The notes under the pieces: model-generated
Told to the model about the DNA's origin: nothing
What the model saw: the letters and a program-made list of their open reading frames with translations, nothing else
Database searches by the model: none
Assembly (NCBI GenBank): GCA_963833985.1
Contig: CAWIAD010000002.1
Span: 6,432,001 to 6,496,000 of the forward strand
Reading direction: 5' to 3'
Length of the DNA stretch: 64,000 bases
Source: an uncultured Planctomycetaceae bacterium
GTDB taxonomy: Bacteria; Planctomycetota; Planctomycetia; Isosphaerales; Isosphaeraceae
Made by a program: the position numbers and the translations under genes
Shown: positions 56,286 to 64,000 of the stretch, piece after piece
How the letters are laid out: the number at the start of each line of letters is the position of its first letter
Position numbering within the stretch: position 1 is the first letter of the stretch

Positions 56286-56860
56286 TCTCACGAGGATCCT
56301 CCCCGAGGCAAAACGAGGGATTCTGACGTTCGATGGAATCTGGCTCAAAGTGAGCAGTCGCACGCACGGCACGAGTTTGAGGGGACGCCGAGCTCCGGCG
56401 CATCGAAGTTCCGGGCGCGGCTCTGAGCCTTTGGACGCATGCGCGGTGCTGTTGGTTCCCTGGTGCCTCACGCAGCCCCGACACGCGGCGATCCGCCTGC
56501 ATCAGGAGATACGGCGCTGCCGGCATTTTCTTAGAGCCATTTGAGTTCCGGTTCGTTACGATTGTGTGGATCTCCCGGTGCATCTGGCGTACGAATGGGC
56601 AGGATGCCGGACCCAATAACACAAGAACCGCGCGGTCATGGGCGCGCTCTGGATGGATTTTTCCGTTGAGCTTGCTGGATCGGGTCGGCCGATCTGTCGG
56701 AATCATCCGGCACCTGAAAAACCGGCCGCGTGTCGGGTCTCTCGGCTCGATTCCGAATAGGCTGGTGGCCCAGGATCACGCATGATCTGACGTTCTGCAA
56801 CAAGCGAGCAGCGTCGCCCGGTCAGCTAGTGGATGGCACCAAACGATTTGGAGACCGCAG

Positions 56861-59014
56861 GTGGCAGGATCCCCTCACGGGCCTTGGCCTCCGATACGCC
56901 TTCTGGAACGGTGGCGGCGAGCCCGCTCTCCGCGTGTGCCCAGACGTCAGGCGCAGCATCCCGCGCTCGAAGCTCTGGAAAACCGGATGCTGCTGTCGCT
57001 GAGCAATCCTCTCCCCATCCTCTCCAGCTCACCCGCGACATCGGCTTCTTTCCAGGTCGTCCCGGGCCAGACGCAAGCCGCCAATGTTCGCATCCTTCCC
57101 ATGGCGCCGAAACCGCCATCTCCGCTCCCCGGCACCGGCCACCTGCTTGCCGGCTCCGGTGCGGCCAGCTCCACGGTCCTCACGGCTCTCCCTGCGACGC
57201 TCCAGGCGCAGGTGGCGAAGACCCACAACGCCTCGAAAACTGCCGCGCCCACCGGTTCGAAGGCCGTGAAGTCCTCGGCGGGGGAGAGCGGCAGCACGAC
57301 CGCTCCGACGATTGCTCCGCCGTCGAAGGGATCTTCGACGAGCAACGCATCTGTTCCCATCATTGGCCTCGAGTATTCCCCAGGAGTTGCGTCTGCATCC
57401 GCGATGCCGATCCTGGTTTCGACGCCCATGCCATCGGGGCCGTCCCAGGGGCCGGCCTCGCAGTTGACGGGCACTGCGAGCGAGGACCCGGAGCAGTCGG
57501 AGCTGACACCCGCGGGCGAACAGCGGTTGCCCGCCCTGCCGATGGCCTCCGAAGCCCAGATTTCGGGCATTCTGGACGCGACGCAAAGCTGGATGACTTT
57601 CAGGCTTCCCGTGGGACCCACGACCCGGTCCTTCAACATCACACTGCGGCAAACCGGGCCACCCTCCGGGCCTGCCATCCCGGCGCTGGACCAGCTCTAT
57701 CTGGTGAACCGTGCGGGTACGATTCTGACGATGCTCAAGGGAGCCTCCGCTTACGCCGAGGGACCGCTGCAAGAGATGACCATCTTGCTCAGCTCGGTGC
57801 CCGCCGACGCAATGCTGTTGCTGCGAATCGTCGCGGTGCCCATGCAGTCGCTACCCTCCGCGGGGACATCCTCGGCGCCGGTGGGAGCAAGCTCGGCGGG
57901 CAGCCTGAATGTCCCGTTCGCGATCAGTGTCCAGCGGATGGATTCACTTGCCACATCCGGGACAGCGTCGCTGAACCTCCCCTTGCCGACCGCCTTGCTC
58001 GTGGGCCTGTTGACCTCCCTGGGGAACGGTTACGGGGATGTCTCGAGGGCCAGCACATCGCTATTACCTTCATTTAGTTCCAATTCTGCCGACGCCGCGT
58101 CCGGCACCGCTGATCCCGGCGCGGGGCAGTCCCTGGAGCAGCAAGTCGCCGCAACCCCGGGACGGGCCAGCTCGCAGGCACTGGCGACCACGGTTTCCGT
58201 CTCGACTGGTCCCCTGATCTCGCGCGGCTCCGCGCCGCTTCGCCCACTGCTGGGTACGACCGCGGAAGAGCCAACGCCAGCGATCGATCCGCACGAGCGC
58301 GCATTCGATCTGGCGATGCTCACATCGCCGTCGGGCGTCGATGCCGAGCTCTTGCTGGGCCTGACGGCGAACCATAGTGATGGGCTGGTAACAAGTGGTC
58401 GGTCCGAGGCGTCTTTGCAGAGCAACGATCCGGTCACCTTCCTGGCGGGGCCAGGCGGCACCCCGGTCCTGGTGTGTGCGCTGGCGGGCATGAGTTCCCG
58501 GATCGATCCCGTCGCGGTGCTGGCGACCCTGGAACCCATCGCGGCACCGGAGTCTGGGCCGGCGCCTGAAATCCAGGGTCGCGGTGCGCCGGAGATTCCA
58601 ATCGCCGGCGCACCGGCGCGCGGGGATCGCCCGACCTGCGAGGACTTCCTGAAAGCGGCGTGCGGGCTGATGCTGGGACTGGGCCTGACCACCGGTCCCC
58701 TCTATCCCGACCTGGTGGGGCTGATCCGCGCGGTTCTGCCCGGTCCGTCGGCTCTGGCGCGCCGGCTCCGCTCACGCCCGCGCCGCGCCTGGCGACTCAG
58801 CCACGGTCGATCTGGAAACGGTGGTTCGCTTCCCGCTGATTGGCCTCACGGGCCCAAAAGCGTTCGCCGCTTGAGTCACCCGTCCGTCGCGTGCCGCTCA
58901 GCGTGCACTTGCTTCGGCGGTCGCGGGGCTCGACAATTCCTGGGAGATGAGTTGCGGAACGGGGGGTCCGCGTCTCCTGGCCCTGTCCAGGAGAGAGGAG
59001 CCGTCAGAACGTGA
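56861..59014 (+). CDS. Ser/Thr/Pro-rich protein with planctomycete LExLExRxLLS export-type motif
   Basis: RRQAQHPALEALENRMLLS near the N-terminus; low-complexity body; the C-terminal extent is uncertain. Confidence 0.7.
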   Translation: MAGSPHGPWPPIRLLERWRRARSPRVPRRQAQHPALEALENRMLLSLSNPLPILSSSPATSASFQVVPGQTQAANVRILPMAPKPPSPLPGTGHLLAGSGAASSTVLTALPATLQAQVAKTHNASKTAAPTGSKAVKSSAGESGSTTAPTIAPPSKGSSTSNASVPIIGLEYSPGVASASAMPILVSTPMPSGPSQGPASQLTGTASEDPEQSELTPAGEQRLPALPMASEAQISGILDATQSWMTFRLPVGPTTRSFNITLRQTGPPSGPAIPALDQLYLVNRAGTILTMLKGASAYAEGPLQEMTILLSSVPADAMLLLRIVAVPMQSLPSAGTSSAPVGASSAGSLNVPFAISVQRMDSLATSGTASLNLPLPTALLVGLLTSLGNGYGDVSRASTSLLPSFSSNSADAASGTADPGAGQSLEQQVAATPGRASSQALATTVSVSTGPLISRGSAPLRPLLGTTAEEPTPAIDPHERAFDLAMLTSPSGVDAELLLGLTANHSDGLVTSGRSEASLQSNDPVTFLAGPGGTPVLVCALAGMSSRIDPVAVLATLEPIAAPESGPAPEIQGRGAPEIPIAGAPARGDRPTCEDFLKAACGLMLGLGLTTGPLYPDLVGLIRAVLPGPSALARRLRSRPRRAWRLSHGRSGNGGSLPADWPHGPKSVRRLSHPSVACRSACTCFGGRGARQFLGDELRNGGSASPGPVQERGAVRT

Positions 59015-59421
59015 AACCGATCGAAGCCCTGGTCGAGACGGCCATCTACGCCGATCAGCTGGACCAAGCCGAACGGTTCTATGGCGTCGTGCTGGGACTG
59101 GAGCTGCGGGTCAGAGAAGAGGACCGGCACCTCTTCTTCCGCGTGGGCAACGGCAGCATGCTGCTGATCTTTCGCGCCGAGGCAACACTCCGGGGAGATC
59201 ACTTGCCGGCGCATGGATGCCGGGGCCCGGGGCACCTGGCGCTGGGCATTCCCGCGGAGGATCTCGAGGCCTGGCGTGCCCGTCTGCGCGCCCACCAGGT
59301 GGCAATCGAGCACGAAGAGTCATGGCCCCGAGGCGGCCATTCGCTCTATTTTCGCGACCCCGCGGGGAATTCAGTAGAGCTGATCACGCCAGGACTCTGG
59401 GGGCTTCCTTCCGGCTGGTAG
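59011..59421 (+). CDS. VOC/glyoxalase-family protein
   Basis: ETAIY, FYGVVLGL, GHLAL and SLYFRDPAGNSVEL. Confidence 0.92.
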   Translation: MKPIEALVETAIYADQLDQAERFYGVVLGLELRVREEDRHLFFRVGNGSMLLIFRAEATLRGDHLPAHGCRGPGHLALGIPAEDLEAWRARLRAHQVAIEHEESWPRGGHSLYFRDPAGNSVELITPGLWGLPSGW

Positions 59422-59466
59422 CCGTAGCTGGCGTCCCGGGGTGCAAGAAACGAGGAGGGCAGTCCG

Positions 59467-60441
59467 TTGCGAGTGCTGATGACGGGGGGCTACGGCTGCA
59501 TTGGCTCGTGGGTGGCCAGCGAACTGGTCGAGCGCGGCGACGATGTCTGCATCTTCGATCTCCAGAAGGATACACATCGGATCGAGCTGTTGCTCGAGCC
59601 GGAGCGCCAAGCCCGGGTCGGTTTCATCGCCGGCGACGTGTCCAGCGTGGAACAGGTTCGTGCCGCGGTCGAACGCTCGGGAGCCACACACCTCTTGCAC
59701 CTGGCGGGATTGCAAACGCCGACATGCCGCGCCAATCCGATCCTCGGTGCGCAGGTGAACGTGATCGGCACTCTGGCGATCCTCGAGGCGGCCGCGGCGC
59801 TCAAGAACCAGGTTCAGCGCGTGGTGTACGCCAGTTCGGCGGCCGTGCACGGCCCGCGCGACGATGGCATGCCGGGTTTCCTGGGGGATCAGGTTCGCCT
59901 GGCGCCCCTGAGCCACTACGGCGCGTACAAGGTGTGCAACGAGCTGAACGCGCGTGTGTACTGGCTGGACCAGGGGGTCACGAGCATCGGCCTGCGTCCC
60001 TGGACGGTCTACGGGGTGGGCCGTGATTTCGGGATGACCAGCGAGCCGACCCGGGCGATCAAGGCGGTTGCCGCCGGCCGGAGCTACCACATCAGCTATG
60101 GCGGCCTTCAGGACCTGCAATATGCCGGCGATGTGGCAGCGACGTTCGTGCGTGCTCTGGAGCAGCCGTTCCAGGGGGCCGAAGCCTTCAACTTGAGGGG
60201 CGCCGTGGAACCGATCGAACGGTTCGTGGTGGTCCTCGAGGAGGTTGTTCCCGCCGCGCGGGGGCGGGTCACCCATGGCGAGCGCCAGCTTCCCATTGCG
60301 TTCGATCTCGACGACTCACGGCTTCAGCAGCAGCTTGGACCGCTGCCCCGAACCAGCCTGCGTGATGGCATCGCCGCGACGTATCGCCGGTTCGCGGAAC
60401 TGCTCACGCAGGGCCGTCTGGACGTTTCGGACCTGGACTGA
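59467..60441 (+). CDS. NAD-dependent epimerase/dehydratase
   Basis: TGGYGCIG, HLAG, ASSAAVHG and YGAYK. Confidence 0.92.
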   Translation: MRVLMTGGYGCIGSWVASELVERGDDVCIFDLQKDTHRIELLLEPERQARVGFIAGDVSSVEQVRAAVERSGATHLLHLAGLQTPTCRANPILGAQVNVIGTLAILEAAAALKNQVQRVVYASSAAVHGPRDDGMPGFLGDQVRLAPLSHYGAYKVCNELNARVYWLDQGVTSIGLRPWTVYGVGRDFGMTSEPTRAIKAVAAGRSYHISYGGLQDLQYAGDVAATFVRALEQPFQGAEAFNLRGAVEPIERFVVVLEEVVPAARGRVTHGERQLPIAFDLDDSRLQQQLGPLPRTSLRDGIAATYRRFAELLTQGRLDVSDLD

Positions 60442-60526
60442 GCTGGATCGGCCGATCGTGGGACCAGACCGGGGCTGGCTGGTCCCACTTCCTTGCGGTG
60501 GGTGCAAGAGTCCCGTCCCGGCACTC

Positions 60527-61630
60527 TTATTTGCCTGGCCTGGCCGCCGGCGCGGCCGCGTCCTTCGTTGTGGCCGGGGCGCCCGGGCCCGCCGGCCCGG
60601 TAGCCGGGAAGAGATCCTTGGGCATGGGCTTGATCTCGATCTTCGCTCGCTTCCGCTCTTCGGTCAGAAGGTTCTTCTGGATCTCTCCGGCATAGGCGTT
60701 GATGATGTACGGTTTGTTCTGATCGAAATCGATGGGGCGTCCCTCCTTGCGGTCGGTCACCTGGATCAGGTGGTAGCCGTAAGGAGTCTCGACCGGGTCG
60801 GAGATCGACCCCTTCCTGAGCTTGAACGCAACGTCGGTGAACTCGGGAATGAACCCGCTGCTCAGGGTGAAAAAGTCGAGATCGCCGCCGGCGCCACCCG
60901 CGTTGGCGGGGTCCTCGGAGTACTTGTTGGCCGCCTGGGCAAACGTGATCGTGTTGGCATCGATCTGGCCCTTGAGGTCCGCGAGCTTCTTCTTCACCTT
61001 CTCTTTCTCGGCCGCCGGCGCATCCGGATCAACCTTCAGCAGGATGTGGCTGGCGCGTACCTGGGTTCCGTAGAACAGGTCGCGGTTGGCCGAGACATAG
61101 CGCTTCAGCTCGGCGTCGGTGGCCAGAGACTTGACGTACTCGGACCAGCGAATCCGGTTCTCCAGCTCCTTGCGCACGGTTTCCAGCGAGGTGTTGTCCT
61201 CGAGCAGGGCGGTCGCGAGGTCGCGGCCGTCGGCCTTGAGTTGCTGCTCCAGCCGCGCCATCTCCTCGTCAATCTTGGCGGGCGGAACGGTGATCCGTTG
61301 CCGGTTCAAAAAGATCGTCAGGAGCTTGGTGTTGACCAGCGAGTCCACGGCATCGTGGTAGACCTGCTCGCGGTTCTCCGTCGCCGGAATGGGGTAGCGG
61401 CTGAGGAAGTTGATCAGCTCGCCCTTGGTCACCTGGCTTTTCTCGTTGCCGTCAACCACGGTGGCGACCGGCTCGTTCGCACCCGGCACCGCCAGCGCGC
61501 GTGTCGCCGAGGCCTGGGTCGGGGATCCGGCGGGAGCAGCCGGCTGGGCCTGGCCGAAAACGCCGCTCGTCCCTGCGCCTAGCCCCAAGAACAACACTGA
61601 TAACACTCCAGCCTGGGCTCTCCTGCGCAT
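60527..61630 (-). CDS. PpiC-type peptidyl-prolyl isomerase (SurA/PrsA-like)
   Basis: VRASHIL, FAQAANKYSED, GGDL and PVETPYGYHLI. Confidence 0.92.
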   Translation of the reverse strand: MRRRAQAGVLSVLFLGLGAGTSGVFGQAQPAAPAGSPTQASATRALAVPGANEPVATVVDGNEKSQVTKGELINFLSRYPIPATENREQVYHDAVDSLVNTKLLTIFLNRQRITVPPAKIDEEMARLEQQLKADGRDLATALLEDNTSLETVRKELENRIRWSEYVKSLATDAELKRYVSANRDLFYGTQVRASHILLKVDPDAPAAEKEKVKKKLADLKGQIDANTITFAQAANKYSEDPANAGGAGGDLDFFTLSSGFIPEFTDVAFKLRKGSISDPVETPYGYHLIQVTDRKEGRPIDFDQNKPYIINAYAGEIQKNLLTEERKRAKIEIKPMPKDLFPATGPAGPGAPATTKDAAAPAARPGK

Positions 61631-62077
61631 CGAACAGATCTCCGTCTCGAGTTTGGTCCTTGTGAGTTGCGTCCGAGATCCAGGAACGGGGCCGAATCGG
61701 CTTCACGGCCTCGTGCCCGGAGCTGCCGGTTGTACAACTCTTAGCGATTATACGGTTTTTGCTCAACCCCGCCGCGCGACTTGACCGATAAAACCGGTTT
61801 GGTCCGCGCCCGTCTCATCATCGAGGACCACGTTCTGCGTGCGTGTGTTCCCGGGTGCGTGGATGTATTGCCACGGAGGCAGCGCGGTGAGCGTCCGCCC
61901 GCTTGCCAGGCAGCTTCGAGTCACCGCCGGCGCAGTGTTTGCGGCCTGCAAGGCTGGGTTTCTGACGCTTCCGGCTGTTCCTTACGGATCTCTTGAAACG
62001 CGGTTGACCACCAGGAAGCCGGTGGCGTGCAGTCCCTGATGATCGTCCCTGGAGAACTCGTCTACGGAGAACGCACC

Positions 62078-62729
62078 ATGATTCGATTCTTGACCTTCGC
62101 TGCCCTGACCTTTGCCTGCGCCGCGCTGCCGGTAAGGGCACAGACCCAGACCCAGAACCGGGAGCGCCAGTCCGGCCTCGGCACCCAGATAACCCGTCAG
62201 GCCACGACCGAGCGGGCTCAGTCCGCGGTTCCCGACCCGCTCTTTGCGGCCGCGGCCGGTAGTGCCGGGCTGGCAGAGGTGAATTTGAGCGAGATCGGCC
62301 TCCAGCGCGCCAGCGATCCGGAGGCTCAAGCAGTTCAGCCAGAAGATGGTCCAGGAACACACCCGGGTGAACCAGGAGCTGATGAACCTGGTGGCCCAGA
62401 AGGGAATCCGCATTCCCCAGGCCATCGACGCCCGTGCCCAGTTCTGCGCCGATAGCCTTGCCGGACTTTCCGGCGGCAAGTTTGACAAGTGCTATGCCAA
62501 GGCACAGCTTGTCGCCCACATGGATTCCCTGGCGATGTTCGAGGCCGAGGCGGAACGGGGCCAGGATCCGCAAATGAGGGCACTCGCGGCCAAGGTCGTG
62601 CCGAGCATCAAGGAGCACCTGAAGCAGATCAAGCCCATTGCCCAGCGTTTTGAGAAGGAGGGAAGCGAGCAGGAGCGGAGCGAGGATTCATCCGCGGTCC
62701 GCGCCGGCCACACTGAGCACCAGCGCTAG
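62078..62729 (+). CDS. DUF4142-family secreted protein, frameshift near 62324
   Basis: Signal peptide, AEVNLSEIG, MVQEHT, FDKCY...AH and IKEHL. Confidence 0.8.
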
Positions 62730-62940
62730 GCTGCAAGCCGCTCGGCATCGGATTGCATCGATGCCGTCAGGCGCGACCCTTCAGGGCACGAGCAGGAAGA
62801 CGCGACTGATCGATCCGGGCATGGACTGATCAGGGATGCGACGGCACCAGCCCCGTGCCGCTCCGCGCTGCGATTCGCCCCGGACTCCTGCTCGTGCCTC
62901 CTGGGCCGCTCGTCCTCAAAGGTCAAGATCGGCCGCATGC

Positions 62941-64000
62941 TCAGGCCGCGGTGAGCCAGTGGCGGATGCGGCTCACCTCGCGTGCCCAGCCGGCGCTCGC
63001 CCGGCGCCGCCGGTAGGCGTCGAAGAGCAGGTCAAGCGTTTCCGCCAGGTGGCGCAGGCTCTCGACCCGGGCGATCCGGGCATCGCTCACCGAGAGCTTT
63101 GCCTCCTCGGGCTTCGGCAGAAGGGCACCGGAGACGGCGAGGGATTCGGCCTGCAAGGTCAGCTCATACTGGGCACCGTGGCGGACCAGGATCAATCCGG
63201 CCCTGCGCGGCAGCTTGCCGGACTGGAGCGCGCGCAGCGCTTCCGGCAGGCGCGTGGGAGCCTCGTCCGTGAGGCTGTCACGGCCGGTCTCGCCGCGCGG
63301 ACAGTCGAGCGTGAGCGTCTTGGTGAGCATCACCGCAACCTCGGATCCATCGGCCAGGGGCACGGTGTCGCTGTCGTTCTGAAGCGTGTGCCAGAGCCAG
63401 ACCAGGAACTCGTTGCCGAGGTGGTCCAGCATGTTCGGTGCGTTCTCGGACCAGGCCACCGAGGCCAGCTCCGAGGGCTCGCCGCCGACCAGGCTGAGCA
63501 ACCCCGCGCCCGGCCGTTCCTGCTCCTGCTCGGCGTCCGACCCGCCCAGGGTCGTGGCCAGGCTGCCGGCGGTGATCGGCTCCAGGCTGCGATCGAAGGT
63601 GTCGCGGAACAGGGTCATGAGCCGTTCCAGGACGGTGGTGCTGGCCGTCCCGGCGTAGAGGACGCCCGAGGCGCCATCCCACAGAACGGGGTAATGGTTG
63701 AGCCGGCGAAATCGCCCATCGGCGGCCTCGGCCTCGGCGCGGATCCGTGCGGCTTCCTTCGCCTCCTGGCGCTGGGCCTTCGTGGGTTGCCCGCTGGGGT
63801 TCTGACTGGCGCGCGCCTCGGTCTCGATCTGGGTGTATGCCTTCAGGAGCGATCCGGGGATCTTGTCGGTGTCGATGCGGATGGCCAGGTGGAGCGCATC
63901 GCCCACGATGTTCTTGGCCCGGTCGAAGGTCAGGTCAAGCACGTGCTCGCCGCCGGACCAGCCTGTGCAGACGCCGTCGGTTGGATCGGCCGCTCCATGG
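62941..64000 (-). CDS. RdgC-like protein (5' end outside window)
   Basis: AIRIDTDKIP, LGNEFLVWLW and EALRALQSGKLPR resemble RdgC-type motifs. Confidence 0.6.
   Translation of the reverse strand, partial: HGAADPTDGVCTGWSGGEHVLDLTFDRAKNIVGDALHLAIRIDTDKIPGSLLKAYTQIETEARASQNPSGQPTKAQRQEAKEAARIRAEAEAADGRFRRLNHYPVLWDGASGVLYAGTASTTVLERLMTLFRDTFDRSLEPITAGSLATTLGGSDAEQEQERPGAGLLSLVGGEPSELASVAWSENAPNMLDHLGNEFLVWLWHTLQNDSDTVPLADGSEVAVMLTKTLTLDCPRGETGRDSLTDEAPTRLPEALRALQSGKLPRRAGLILVRHGAQYELTLQAESLAVSGALLPKPEEAKLSVSDARIARVESLRHLAETLDLLFDAYRRRRASAGWAREVSRIRHWLTAA

Overview
GC-rich bacterial chromosomal segment, most likely from a Planctomycete of Isosphaeraceae type (inferred from PEP-CTERM proteins, an LExLExRxLLS export motif, DUF4058 copies and a TPR-bearing Ser/Thr kinase). 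It contains a PEP-CTERM/exopolysaccharide locus (1-16.8 kb), a secreted metalloprotease/copper amine oxidase cluster, hicBA, an IS701 element, tandem aldo-keto reductases, signalling genes, a DUF4058-bracketed HEPN gene pair and a giant TPR/alpha-2-macroglobulin-like gene. The standout is a three-tier nested mobile element at 17.4-21.5 kb. A REP-like palindromic doublet is split by a group II intron (17421-21429). The intron's reverse transcriptase is itself split exactly in the conserved PQGxxISP motif by a ~2 kb large-serine-recombinase element with perfect 23-bp inverted ends around a GATC core. In-silico excision restores an in-frame 432-aa RT and gives the recombinase a different C-terminus whose stop codon overlaps the start of the element's small ORF. 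Many long genes carry small frameshifts that are probably read/assembly indels. Family names come from recalled motifs, not database searches.
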